A DNA stretch of 64,000 nucleotides from Sulfurospirillaceae bacterium. GTDB taxonomy: Bacteria > Campylobacterota > Campylobacteria > Campylobacterales > Sulfurospirillaceae. A program made the position numbers and the translations under genes. Each line of letters starts with the position of its first letter. Position 1 is the stretch's first letter. The stretch spans positions 224,001-288,000 of the forward strand of contig JAWVXD010000003.1 of the NCBI GenBank assembly GCA_033723415.1. Reading direction: 5' to 3'. Below the pieces are notes generated by a model, which saw only the letters and a program-made list of their open reading frames with translations, had not been told where the DNA came from and did not search any database. Below are positions 40,523 through 50,627 of the stretch, one piece after another.

Positions 40523-43500
40523 TTAAATAGTGTAAGAATGATAAGTTGTGATGTTCTTCCTAAAAAGTTCAAATTCATCTTTTGGTAGAGGTCTTGAGAA
40601 AAAATATCCCTGAATTTCATCACATCCCTGTTCCGTTAGATAATCAAGTTGATCTATGGTTTCAACACCCTCTGCGATAGTTTTAAGCCCTAAACTCTTT
40701 GCCAAACTGATGATGGCATTTACTATCGCTTTATCTTCAGGGTCTATAGTAATATCTCTTACAAATGACTGATCGATCTTGAGCTTATAGATACTAAATC
40801 TCTTTAAGTAACTCAAAGATGAATATCCGGTACCGAAATCATCTATAGAGAGTTTAATGCCATTCGTATGTAATTCATTTATAATATTTATCGCTCTTTG
40901 CGGATTTTGCATAGCGACACTTTCCGTAAGTTCAAGTTCTAAGTATTCTATAGGCAACTCAACTTCGTTTAGAATATCAATGATATTCGATGTAAGAGTA
41001 GTAGAGCGGAATTGTACAGCTGAAAGGTTAACAGAGATAATTATAGGTTCCATTCCATCATCTATCCACTGTTTCGCACTCTTAGTCGCTTCTCGCAATA
41101 CCCATTCACCAATTGATAAAATTATTCCGCTTTCTTCAGCAATAGGTATAAACTCATCAGGAGGAATTTTCCCAAACTCAGGATGATTCCAGCGAAGCAA
41201 GGCTTCTGCCCCAATGATAACATTGTCATGAGTTGAAAATTGCGGTTGGTAGTGAAGTTCAAGTTGATCACGTTCAATTGCATAGCGAAGCGCGTTACTG
41301 AGTTCTAAATGTCTGATGGAGTTTTCTTGCATCTCTTGAGTGAAAAAACAAAATGTATTTCTTCCGTCTTTTTTAGCTCTATACATAGCTGTATCTGCAT
41401 TTTTATACAGAGTTTCAAAGTCTTCTCCATCATGAGGATACATCGCTATGCCGATAGAAGCACTTATGCTAAGTTCATGATCTGCAATATGAAAAGGTTT
41501 ATTAAATGCATCAATAATCTTTTGTGTTACTATAGTGGCACCATTTGCTGTAGTATCAGGAAGTAAAATTACAAATTCATCACCGCCCATGCGAGAAATT
41601 GTATCTACTTCTCGTAAAAGAAGCCTTAACCTTTTTGCCACACTTATTAGCAGGTCGTCTCCTGTACTATGACCTAGAGAATCATTGATATCTTTAAAAT
41701 GATCCAAATCTAAGAATATAACCGTTATTTCACTTTTATCCCGTTTTGCAAAGTTAATCAAATCTTTAATATGAATATCAAGCTGTGTACGGTTTGGTAA
41801 ACCTGTCAGACCATCATAATTTGCAAGATAATGTATACGTTTTTCTGAAGCTCTTCTCTCAGTTATGTCTTCTCCTGAGGTTAAGATTCCTATATTTTTG
41901 CCGTTTTCATCAAATAAAGGCGTATTATTCCATAAGATAAGTCTTTCTTCTCCAGATTTTGTTAGAACAGGATTTTCATATGTCGATAGATCAAGTTTAT
42001 CTTTTTTGATCAACTTATCTGCTAAATCATCAACGTCTTTTTTTGATTTTTTTGGGATAAAATTCTGAATCCAATTCTTGCCTATGACTTCTTCTGCTTC
42101 ATAGCCTATGATCTCGCAACCTTGTCTGTTGATGAGTTTGACATTTTTGTTTGTGTCTAAAACCAAGATCATTACACCAACTATATCAAGATAATTTTGA
42201 ACAGCCTCTTTTTCTCTTAGAAGTGCTATTTCAGCATTTTTTCGTGCAGTGATCTCCTCATAAATTCCTACGATTCCAATAGTTTCTTTTTTTCTATTAT
42301 AAAGAGGCACTTTTGATGTGCTAAGCCATATTGTATCGCCATTAGAATTTGTTTGAGATTCCTCAAAGAAAAGTCGAGCTTTCCCAGACCTTATGACTTC
42401 TAGATCATCAGCTTGATACTTTTCAGCTTCTTCATCACTCCAACACAACTGTTTGTCATTTTTGCCTATGATATCTTCTGGCTTTATTTCGCCTGCGTCT
42501 TGTGCAAAGATTTGATTACATCCTAGATAAGTTAAATTTTTGTCTTTCCAAAATATGCGCACCGGAGAGTTGTCAATGATAGATGTTAGAAGAGAGTTGT
42601 TATCAGCAAGAGCACTTTCTGTAACCTTACGTTCTTTTTCAAGCTCAAAGCCTTCTAATGCATAACTTATATCCACAGCCATCTCTTCTAACAGCATTTG
42701 TGCAGATTTGTCAAATGCTTTAGGATCTTTTGAGTAGATCGTAAATACTCCTACGACTTTATCTCTGATGTGTAGCGGTAATGCCGCAGAGGAAGCCCAT
42801 CCGAATTTTTTGCCTTTTTCATGCCAAGGAGCAGTTCTTGGGTTGTTTCTAAAATCATGACACCAAAATGGTTTTCCTTCTATAAATGCCGTCCCAGTCG
42901 GTCCCTTACTATTTTGATCGGATGGATCAATAGATATTTTTATGTCATTTAAATATTCGCTGCCGTTTCCATGATGGCTTATTACTTCCATGTATTTATT
43001 GTCTTTGTCTGGAATCCCTATCCAAGCCATTTGCATCCCACCAAAGCTTACTGCATCTTGACATATAATATCAAAAAGTTCTTTTCTGTTTTTAGATCTT
43101 ACAATCGCCTGATTGCACTGACTAAGGACTGCATATAGCTGTTTAAGTCGTTCATTACTTTGTATAAGATGTTCAAGCCTTGTCTGCATTTCACTTAATA
43201 AGCCTAAAACACTATCTTTCATATGTTCTTCAATTCTTATTGGTACTGAAAAGTCTCCACTGCCGATTCTTATAATGTGTTTATGTACGTCTGTTACATT
43301 ACTTCCAAGTATTGTATTGATATATTTGTAGAGGCGCCAAAGCATAAATATGAAGAAAACTCCTAGTATGATAAAAAGTATTCTAAAAACAGAAGCTACG
43401 AGGATGGCATCATGCACCATTTTTGCTGTTCTTTTATCTATTAAAGTGGAGAATTCATTTGTCTTTTGTACAATCAAAGTTCTTGCTTTCTCATAGTTGT

Positions 43501-44080
43501 CGCTTGATATCATTTCAAGAGCTTTTTGTTTTTGCAGATTATTCATAGAACCAGAAAGTTTTGTATCTACAAGATCCATAGCCTGAAGTTCTATTGTATT
43601 CATAGTATCTGATATTTTTTTTGCTTCATCTAATTTATCAAATTCTTGATCCGTAAAACCGGAATGCTTCATTAGATCAATAAGTGAGATTGATTGATCG
43701 CTAAAAGGGCGAGGACGTCTGTCATCTGTACTTATCTTCCCCAAATAAACATTTTGGTAATCGGCAGGACGTGGTTTTTTGCCGTCTCTAATATCTAATA
43801 TTTCGTGATAACGCTGCTTATATATGGGGTTGCCAGTTGTTATATATGTTCGTACCATTCTCTTAAGATCGTCAGATGATTGATGAAATTCGTCAGTGAG
43901 TAGAAATGAACGCATGCGAAGTTCATTGGCCGCATCTTTTTTGTGTTCAAAATATACATAAGAGACAAAAGAAATAACCAATAGTACGAAAACAAAAAAA
44001 GTTTGCCACAAGATTTTTGAAAATGTTGAGTTGAACTCTTTTTTAAGGAAACTTCTAAGCGACATTGTAAATCCATTCAA
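40523..44080 (-). CDS. Sensor (periplasmic, HAMP-like, GAF, PAS, PAS) GGDEF-EAL protein
   Basis: Two TM helices, GAF, two PAS, RMGGDEF, canonical EAL motifs (EALLRW, DDFGTGYSS, AEGVE). Start uncertain (TTG 44080 or ATG 44065). Confidence 0.92.
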   Translation of the reverse strand: MNGFTMSLRSFLKKEFNSTFSKILWQTFFVFVLLVISFVSYVYFEHKKDAANELRMRSFLLTDEFHQSSDDLKRMVRTYITTGNPIYKQRYHEILDIRDGKKPRPADYQNVYLGKISTDDRRPRPFSDQSISLIDLMKHSGFTDQEFDKLDEAKKISDTMNTIELQAMDLVDTKLSGSMNNLQKQKALEMISSDNYEKARTLIVQKTNEFSTLIDKRTAKMVHDAILVASVFRILFIILGVFFIFMLWRLYKYINTILGSNVTDVHKHIIRIGSGDFSVPIRIEEHMKDSVLGLLSEMQTRLEHLIQSNERLKQLYAVLSQCNQAIVRSKNRKELFDIICQDAVSFGGMQMAWIGIPDKDNKYMEVISHHGNGSEYLNDIKISIDPSDQNSKGPTGTAFIEGKPFWCHDFRNNPRTAPWHEKGKKFGWASSAALPLHIRDKVVGVFTIYSKDPKAFDKSAQMLLEEMAVDISYALEGFELEKERKVTESALADNNSLLTSIIDNSPVRIFWKDKNLTYLGCNQIFAQDAGEIKPEDIIGKNDKQLCWSDEEAEKYQADDLEVIRSGKARLFFEESQTNSNGDTIWLSTSKVPLYNRKKETIGIVGIYEEITARKNAEIALLREKEAVQNYLDIVGVMILVLDTNKNVKLINRQGCEIIGYEAEEVIGKNWIQNFIPKKSKKDVDDLADKLIKKDKLDLSTYENPVLTKSGEERLILWNNTPLFDENGKNIGILTSGEDITERRASEKRIHYLANYDGLTGLPNRTQLDIHIKDLINFAKRDKSEITVIFLDLDHFKDINDSLGHSTGDDLLISVAKRLRLLLREVDTISRMGGDEFVILLPDTTANGATIVTQKIIDAFNKPFHIADHELSISASIGIAMYPHDGEDFETLYKNADTAMYRAKKDGRNTFCFFTQEMQENSIRHLELSNALRYAIERDQLELHYQPQFSTHDNVIIGAEALLRWNHPEFGKIPPDEFIPIAEESGIILSIGEWVLREATKSAKQWIDDGMEPIIISVNLSAVQFRSTTLTSNIIDILNEVELPIEYLELELTESVAMQNPQRAINIINELHTNGIKLSIDDFGTGYSSLSYLKRFSIYKLKIDQSFVRDITIDPEDKAIVNAIISLAKSLGLKTIAEGVETIDQLDYLTEQGCDEIQGYFFSRPLPKDEFELFRKNITTYHSYTI

Positions 44081-44190
44081 ACAATAGATATATTGCTTTT
44101 ACTATGATAAACTTATGCTTATACAAGCAAGGTCTTTCATTATAGCATAAAAAAGTATTTAATAGGTGATTTAGTAGTGTTTTGAAGTGG

Positions 44191-44214
44191 TATGAGCGGC
44201 TAAAACCGCTCATA
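44191..44214 (-). terminator. Hairpin downstream of the csp gene
   Basis: TATGAGCGG-CTAAAA-CCGCTCATA, 7 bp past the stop. Confidence 0.65.
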
Positions 44215-44221
44215 TGTTAAA

Positions 44222-44440
44222 TTATAAAGCTGTTACGTTTTCTGCTTGAGGACCTTTTTCGCCTTGTCCAACTTCGAAAGTCACTTTTTGACCTTCTTCT
44301 AATGATACTCTTCCGTATCCACTGTTGTTTACTTGACGAAAATGTACAAATATATCTTTGCCGCCATTTTCTTGCTCAATAAATCCAAATCCTTTTTCGC
44401 TGTTAAACCATTTAACAGTTCCATTAACTAATGTTGCCAT
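44222..44440 (-). CDS. Cold-shock domain protein
   Basis: GTVKWFN..KGFGFI, DIFVHF, GPQAENV. Confidence 0.97.
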   Translation of the reverse strand: MATLVNGTVKWFNSEKGFGFIEQENGGKDIFVHFRQVNNSGYGRVSLEEGQKVTFEVGQGEKGPQAENVTAL

Positions 44441-44703
44441 TTTTTTCCCTTTGTGTTGAATACACCATATGATATACGGTGGTTGAAAATCTAATATGAA
44501 GTTTTACTTTTAGGTGAATTTTACTGTTAACAAGAAGTCATCAATATAAAGCAGACCAAAGATATAACTCGAATCATCTTTCGTTGGGAGTAGTATAGCG
44601 GAATTTTATATAAAGCACAAGGCTCACAAAAAATATAATTTAATTTAATTTTCTTTTTGTTAAAAGTTATAAAGATATAATTATAAAATTTCAAGAAGAT
44701 CGA

Positions 44704-45522
44704 GTGAAAGAAAAGTTGGAAATGATGAAAATAAATCTTAAAACGTGGCGTTATATCGACAGTGGTATCTGTTCGGCTGAAAGAAATATGGCTATAGATG
44801 AAGCTCTTCTTCTGAATTTTAAAGAGTTTGATATGCCTATTTTTAGGCTTTACGAGTGGGATAAAGCTTTGAGTTTTGGACGATTTTCTAACATTAAGCA
44901 GAGTATTGATATTGATTTGCTGCATAAGCGTGGCATACAATGCGTCAGACGCTTTAGCGGGGGAGGGACATTAGTACATGACCATGATCTATCTTATTCT
45001 TTGATCTTACCTAGAACTTTTGCAAAAACCAAAGGTGTCAAGGAAAGCTATCACTTTTTATGTAAATTCCTTATAAGACTGTACGAAAAATTAGGCTTGA
45101 ATGCAAATTTTGCAAGTGATTTGGACATAAATAAAAAAAGCTCAAATATATGTCTGGCTGGTTTTGAAGATTATGATATCATCATAGAAAATATGAAGAT
45201 CGGAGGAAATGCCCAACGGCATATAAAAGATGCTTTTATTCAGCATGGAAGTATTCCGATATCTTATGATATCTCCTTGTTTGAATCTTTGTTCTTAGAG
45301 TATTCCGGATTGTCACATGCAGCTTCCCTAAGCAAGTTTAACATAGACATAGATTTAAACTCTCTTAAGAAGATAGTCTTAGAAACATTTTGTGAAAGTT
45401 TTGATGCAACCGTGATTCATGACGATTTGTCACCACAAGAAGATGACGATGCCACCAGACTTTTAGTACAAAAATATTCAAATGACGAATGGACATTTCA
45501 TAAAAATACGAAGCTTTCATAG
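44704..45522 (+). CDS. Lipoate-protein ligase / octanoyltransferase (LplA/LipM) family protein
   Basis: NMAIDEAL, RRFSGGG..V.H, KIGGNAQR, QHGSI. Start may be ATG 44722. Confidence 0.85.
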   Translation: MKEKLEMMKINLKTWRYIDSGICSAERNMAIDEALLLNFKEFDMPIFRLYEWDKALSFGRFSNIKQSIDIDLLHKRGIQCVRRFSGGGTLVHDHDLSYSLILPRTFAKTKGVKESYHFLCKFLIRLYEKLGLNANFASDLDINKKSSNICLAGFEDYDIIIENMKIGGNAQRHIKDAFIQHGSIPISYDISLFESLFLEYSGLSHAASLSKFNIDIDLNSLKKIVLETFCESFDATVIHDDLSPQEDDDATRLLVQKYSNDEWTFHKNTKLS

Positions 45523-45688
45523 TTATTTGATTTTTTATTATAGAATGTAGTATATTTTTTTTATATACATTTTTATATACATTCGATAAAATCACGACCT
45601 TAATTACTCCACTAAATTTTAAATATTCAAATCAAAAATCGGTATGTTTGATTAGCAGGGTAAAATCATATATAAAAAGGATCAAGGA

Positions 45689-47026
45689 TTGGAGAATGCT
45701 AGATTTGGCAGGATAGGGTTTATTTTAGCGGCGGCAGGTAGTGCTGTAGGACTCGGTAATATTTGGAAATTTCCATATATGGCAGGTCAAAACGGAGGCG
45801 GTGCATTTGTTTTGGTATATTTGATGACAGTCGTTTTTATAGGGCTTTCTATATTTATAGCAGAAGTTTTGATGGGTAGAATTTCTAGGGGCGATACCGT
45901 CAGTGCTTTTGAAGAATTGGCATCAAGTCATGGAAATTTATGGAAATATGCAGGTTTTATGGCTATGACAGGTGTGTTGATTTTGTCTTTTTACACAATA
46001 GTCATAGGTTGGATTTTTAAATATATCGCAATGTCTTTTTCCTCACTTCCTATTAATGTAAGTGTCGCTGGAGATCTATTTGGAAAGATGGTTTCAGGAG
46101 ATTGGCTTGGGCAGTTCATATTCTTTAACCTGGCATTCTTTATAACTATTTGGATTGTTGCAAGAGGTGTTAAAAGAGGAATTGAAAAAGTAAATCTTAT
46201 ATTGATGCCTCTCTTGGTTATAATACTAGCGGCTCTTTTTATATATTCTATGACTATAGTCGGTTTCAAAGATTCACTGACATTTATGTTTTATCCTGAT
46301 TGGTCAAAGCTCACGGAAAATTCATTATTAAAAGCAGTCGGACATGCATTTTTTACACTCTCATTAGGTATGGGAACGATCATGACATATGCAACTTCTT
46401 TACCAAAAGATGAGAATATTGTAAAATCTTCCTTTATGGTAGCTGTTGTAGATACGGTTATTGCTTTGGTTGCAGGTATTATTATATTTACATTTATATT
46501 TCATTTTGGAGAAAAGCCGTCTCAAGGTCCAGGTCTTGTGTTTATTTCTCTTCCTGCATTGTTTTCACAATTGGGATATATGGGCAATATAGTTTCTATA
46601 TTATTCTTTGTCGCACTTGCTTTTGCAGGTATTACATCGGCAGTCTCTATAGTAGAACCAACGGCATTATACTTTATAAACAGGTTTAATTTTTCAAGAG
46701 CCAAAGCACTCGTTTTGATATCATCTATAACTTATATCTTTGGAGTCATGGCTATATTGTCAAACGTTAAAGAGTTTTCTACATACTTTACCTATTTCGG
46801 GAAAGGTTATTTTGATATACTAGATTATCTTAGTTCAGCTATACTTTTGCCACTGGGTGGTATGATAACAGCAGTTTTTGTCGGTTTTGTTATGGATAAA
46901 CAAAGAGTTTATGACGCATTATCGAAGTATATGAGTGATACTGTGTTTAATTTATGGTATTTTTCTATACGTTATATTGCTCCTATCGCCGTAATGATAG
47001 TTATGGTTGACAAACTTTTCTTTTAA
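45689..47026 (+). CDS. Sodium-dependent (NSS/SNF family) amino-acid transporter
   Basis: GSAVGLGNIWKFPY, GGGAF, FFTLSLG, GPGLVF; about 11-12 TM. Confidence 0.95.
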   Translation: MENARFGRIGFILAAAGSAVGLGNIWKFPYMAGQNGGGAFVLVYLMTVVFIGLSIFIAEVLMGRISRGDTVSAFEELASSHGNLWKYAGFMAMTGVLILSFYTIVIGWIFKYIAMSFSSLPINVSVAGDLFGKMVSGDWLGQFIFFNLAFFITIWIVARGVKRGIEKVNLILMPLLVIILAALFIYSMTIVGFKDSLTFMFYPDWSKLTENSLLKAVGHAFFTLSLGMGTIMTYATSLPKDENIVKSSFMVAVVDTVIALVAGIIIFTFIFHFGEKPSQGPGLVFISLPALFSQLGYMGNIVSILFFVALAFAGITSAVSIVEPTALYFINRFNFSRAKALVLISSITYIFGVMAILSNVKEFSTYFTYFGKGYFDILDYLSSAILLPLGGMITAVFVGFVMDKQRVYDALSKYMSDTVFNLWYFSIRYIAPIAVMIVMVDKLFF

Positions 47027-47038
47027 AAGGAGAATGTT

Positions 47039-47299
47039 TTGAGAGAATTGGAATTAAAAAATATTTTGAAAGTTGACGGTAGAGAATTTTTAATCTCTAC
47101 CATCAGCATGAATATACGCCACTCTTGGTTCGATGATGATCGTGAAAAGATCGTATATGAGACTATGGTTTTTGAAGTGAAAAATGATGAAGTGCTTTAC
47201 GACAAACCTATCTTCAGCGAACGATATAATATGAAAGATGAAGCTGTATCTGAGCACTCTGCTATATTGAAAGATCCAAAGGCTTTTTTCATCATTTGA
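47039..47299 (+). CDS. Small hypothetical protein (YETMVF motif)
   Basis: TTG start with AGGAG RBS 12 bp after the transporter stop; 86 aa. Confidence 0.7.
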   Translation: MRELELKNILKVDGREFLISTISMNIRHSWFDDDREKIVYETMVFEVKNDEVLYDKPIFSERYNMKDEAVSEHSAILKDPKAFFII

Positions 47300-47333
47300 T
47301 GCCAATATGAGCAGATCAATCTCATATGGCATC
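47298..47333. terminator. Hairpin between convergent small genes
   Basis: GATGCCAATATGAG-N9-CTCATATGGCATC with a small bulge. Confidence 0.55.
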
Positions 47334-47337
47334 TTGC

Positions 47338-47496
47338 TCAATGAGTTTTTATTTTTACGCTCTGAACGGCTTCAATATTATTATCTGCTTTTTGTTTCTG
47401 AACTTGTGTGACAGTGGTTTTTTCATCTCCACATCCTGATAATATAAATAAAGATATTCCAAGTAATCCAATAATTTTTATTGATGTTTTTATCAT
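47338..47496 (-). CDS. Small 52-aa lipoprotein absent from the ORF track
   Basis: MIKTSIKIIGLLGISLFILSGCGDEKTTVTQVQKQKADNNIEAVQSVKIKTH*; GAGG RBS; lipobox LSGC. Confidence 0.65.
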   Translation of the reverse strand: MIKTSIKIIGLLGISLFILSGCGDEKTTVTQVQKQKADNNIEAVQSVKIKTH

Positions 47497-47643
47497 CTTA
47501 TACCTCATGAAATAGTGTTAAATTAAAATATAAACGAAACATGTTTGTAATTTTAGGAATTTTACCATTTTTATTCTTCATTTTATCATTTTTTATTTTT
47601 GCCAATACGATATAATGTTTTAAAATTTTATGTGGGGCTCTTG

Positions 47644-49845
47644 ATGAAATCGTCAAAAATTTTATTGTTGATATTTGTTCTATTATCTATTGATCTGTTT
47701 GCATACTCTAAAACCAAAGATATTTTACTTGTTCAATCTTATCATAGAGGTTATAAGTGGAGTGATGATATCTCTAAAGTTTTTGAGAAAAAATTTGGAA
47801 ATAATGAAGATTACTCTCTGACAACAGTTTATATGGATACTAAAAAAGTTAATAATTATATATATTTTGAACGACTTTATGATTTGTATTTGGAACAGTT
47901 TAAAGGCAGAAAATTTGATATCATAGTAGCCGTAGACAACAATGCACTGGATTTTATCATGAGATATCATGAACATCTTTTTAGAGATTTGCCTGTAGTG
48001 TTTTTAGGCATAAACAACTTTGATGAATCTATGCTGTATGAAAACAATATGCGTTTTTACTCTACAGGTGTTGCAGAAAATGTTGATATCAAAAAAAATA
48101 TAGATTTGATTTTAAAAATTCATCCTAAGCTAAAAAAAATAGTTATTATCAATGATAGAACAAAGACAGGGTTTGCTATACGAAGAGATATATTTAGCGT
48201 ATTGCCATCATATAAAAATAAGGTTAAATTTGAATATATAGACAATATAGGCATAGAGAACCTAAAAAAGAAAATAAGCCATTTACCAAAAGATACGGTT
48301 ATTTTATGGGTGCTTTTATTTAAAGATAAAACAGGAAAATATTTTACTTACAAAGAAAGTTTGAAACAAGTTAAAGATATTACAAAGGTTCCTATTTATG
48401 GTCTATGGGATTTTTATTTGGGTAAGGGAATCGTTGGTGGATTACTTACCAGTGCCACATCACAGGCTAAAGCTGCTGCGAAGATGGTTGTTCAAATATT
48501 TGACGGTAAAAAACCTGCAGATATTCCTATCCTTGTAAAGAGTCCAAATAAATATATGTTTGATTATAACGAATTAAAAAAATACAAAATTAAAATCCCC
48601 GGAGATATAAAGAATTATGAAGTCATCAATAAACCATTTTCTTTTTATGAACATTATAAATATATGGTCTGGGTTACTATCTCTATATTTTTGATTATTA
48701 CTTCCATTTCGATTTTGCTTGCATTTAACATGATAAGAAGAAAAAAAATCGAGATTGCTTTGGGAAATCAGTTGAAATTCATAAGCGTTTTGATGGATAC
48801 GATTCCAAATCCTATGAATTATAAAAGTCTTGATGGAACTTATCTGGGATGTAACAAAGCTTTTTCCGATTTATTCGGTAAAGAAAAGGAAGATATTATA
48901 GGTAAAAATGTGTATGATTTTTTTGAGGAAGATTGGGCAAGAGAGCAAACAAAAAAAGATAAAGAATTACTAGATAAAAAAGGAACGGATAATTTTGAAA
49001 AGACTCTCCATTTCCCTGACGGTAGTTCAAAGACGATGACATACAGTAAGACTGCTTATGAAAATATAGATGGAACTTTGGGCGGTATTGTAAGTATCAT
49101 GGATGATATAACACAACGAAATCAACAAAAGCAGTTTATTATACAACAGACAAAACTAGCAGAGATGGGCGAGATGATCGCAGCCATAGCGCATCAGTGG
49201 AACGAACCGTTAGTGGAATTGTCTGCGATTTTGCAAGATATGGAATTTTCCTATGGACAGGATGAGATGGATACAGAGAAAATGAAAAGCTTTGTCAAGG
49301 AATCAATGATCCAGATCCAGTATATGTCTTCAACGCTAAAAGATTTTAGAAACTTTTTGAAACCATCTACCAAAAAAGTTATTTTTTGTGCAAGAAAGGC
49401 CTTGGATGAGGTCTTGGAGATTGTTGGAAGACAGATATTTTATGCCCATATAGATCTGCGAGTGACATGTAAAGAGGATTATGTACCTGTCTATGGTTAT
49501 GAAAATGAGTTTAAGCAAGTGTTGTTGAATATTATTAATAATGCAAAAAATAAAATCATAAATAACAAGATAGGTAAAAGTATATATATAGATATCAGCG
49601 CAAAAGAAGATTATGTTAAAATTAAAATAAGCGATGATGGAGGACCTATACCTGAGAGGATTATGAATCTTATATTTGATCCATATTTTAGCACAGATGA
49701 AAATGGGACAGGGTTGGGTCTTTATATGGCGAAAGTAATAGTAGAAGATAAGATGAATGGTAAAATATTTGCTTATAATTATACAAACAAAGCAGTGTTT
49801 TCCATAATAGTATCAAGAAAAGATGTTGCCAAGGAAGAATTATGA
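47644..49845 (+). CDS. Sensor histidine kinase (periplasmic binding-protein-like domain, TM, PAS, HisKA, HATPase)
   Basis: SYHRGYKWS periplasmic motif, PAS, IAHQWNEPL H-box, NIINNA, DDGG, GTGLGL. ATG 47644 preferred over the track start 47599. Confidence 0.9.
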   Translation: MKSSKILLLIFVLLSIDLFAYSKTKDILLVQSYHRGYKWSDDISKVFEKKFGNNEDYSLTTVYMDTKKVNNYIYFERLYDLYLEQFKGRKFDIIVAVDNNALDFIMRYHEHLFRDLPVVFLGINNFDESMLYENNMRFYSTGVAENVDIKKNIDLILKIHPKLKKIVIINDRTKTGFAIRRDIFSVLPSYKNKVKFEYIDNIGIENLKKKISHLPKDTVILWVLLFKDKTGKYFTYKESLKQVKDITKVPIYGLWDFYLGKGIVGGLLTSATSQAKAAAKMVVQIFDGKKPADIPILVKSPNKYMFDYNELKKYKIKIPGDIKNYEVINKPFSFYEHYKYMVWVTISIFLIITSISILLAFNMIRRKKIEIALGNQLKFISVLMDTIPNPMNYKSLDGTYLGCNKAFSDLFGKEKEDIIGKNVYDFFEEDWAREQTKKDKELLDKKGTDNFEKTLHFPDGSSKTMTYSKTAYENIDGTLGGIVSIMDDITQRNQQKQFIIQQTKLAEMGEMIAAIAHQWNEPLVELSAILQDMEFSYGQDEMDTEKMKSFVKESMIQIQYMSSTLKDFRNFLKPSTKKVIFCARKALDEVLEIVGRQIFYAHIDLRVTCKEDYVPVYGYENEFKQVLLNIINNAKNKIINNKIGKSIYIDISAKEDYVKIKISDDGGPIPERIMNLIFDPYFSTDENGTGLGLYMAKVIVEDKMNGKIFAYNYTNKAVFSIIVSRKDVAKEEL

Positions 49846-50492
49846 GAATAATGTTGCTAGAAGACAATAAAAGGCTAAATGAAACCATAGTCAAAAGGCT
49901 GAAAGCCAAAGGATATGAAGTTGCAAGTTTTACCGATGGAATGAAGGCATATGAAGCTATAGACGATGGATATATATGTTTTGTTTTAGACATAAATGTT
50001 CCTTCTATGGATGGGCTTGAAATATTAAAAAAAATAAGAGAGTATAACCCAAATACACCTATCGTAATCATAAGCTCATCAGTTGAGTTAGATACTATAA
50101 AAGATTCATATAAATTTGGTTGCAATGATTATTTAAAAAAGCCATTTTTTATAGATGAGTTAGAGATAAAGATAGAAAAACTTTGTGATTTTGACAAGGA
50201 TATGATAGAAATCAGCGATGAATATAAATTTAGTTTCAAAGACAGTGCTCTTATAAATCATGGAGTCTTGGAGCATTTATCAAAAAAAGAAAGACTACTG
50301 TTAAACCTTTTAATCTCAAAAAAAGGCAAAGTCGTATCTTTTGATACAATACAAGCAATCGTCTGGGAAGGCGGTTTTACCAGTAAAGATTCGATAAGAT
50401 CGCTGGTTAGAAGGATAAGAAAAAAACTACCTTTTGAGTGCGTAGAAACGGTAGTTGATGTCGGATACTTATTTAAAAAAAAGTTTCAATAA
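49842..50492 (+). CDS. OmpR/PhoB-family response regulator
   Basis: LLEDN, LDINVP, DYLKKPF, C-terminal wHTH (LSKKE..LL, RRIRKK, VGY); overlaps the kinase stop. Confidence 0.93.
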   Translation: MRIMLLEDNKRLNETIVKRLKAKGYEVASFTDGMKAYEAIDDGYICFVLDINVPSMDGLEILKKIREYNPNTPIVIISSSVELDTIKDSYKFGCNDYLKKPFFIDELEIKIEKLCDFDKDMIEISDEYKFSFKDSALINHGVLEHLSKKERLLLNLLISKKGKVVSFDTIQAIVWEGGFTSKDSIRSLVRRIRKKLPFECVETVVDVGYLFKKKFQ

Positions 50493-50539
50493 GTAACAAT
50501 TATAGAATAAATCTTTTATTAAGGACTCATAATATAAAA

Positions 50540-50572
50540 TGTCATACGCTTGTCATGCGCAGTAGATAGAAT
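50540..50572 (+). promoter_or_regulatory. OmpR/PhoB-type direct repeat plus -10 box for the TRAP operon
   Basis: TGTCATACGCT/TGTCATGCGCA at an 11-bp period (50540-50561), then TAGAAT at 50567-50572. Confidence 0.6.
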
Positions 50573-50627
50573 TTTTCCATATACGCGGGTGATATAGGGT
50601 TATAAAAATTCACATCAAGGAGATGAA

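Noticed and set aside
44527..44940. 137-aa minus-strand ORF
   Set aside because: Antisense to the lipoate ligase-like gene and overlapping the csp promoter; no motifs.
47090..47341. 83-aa minus-strand ORF as a frameshifted continuation of the small lipoprotein
   Set aside because: It is antisense to the RBS-supported 86-aa gene, crosses the hairpin and has no recognisable features. A frameshift cannot be fully excluded without homologues.
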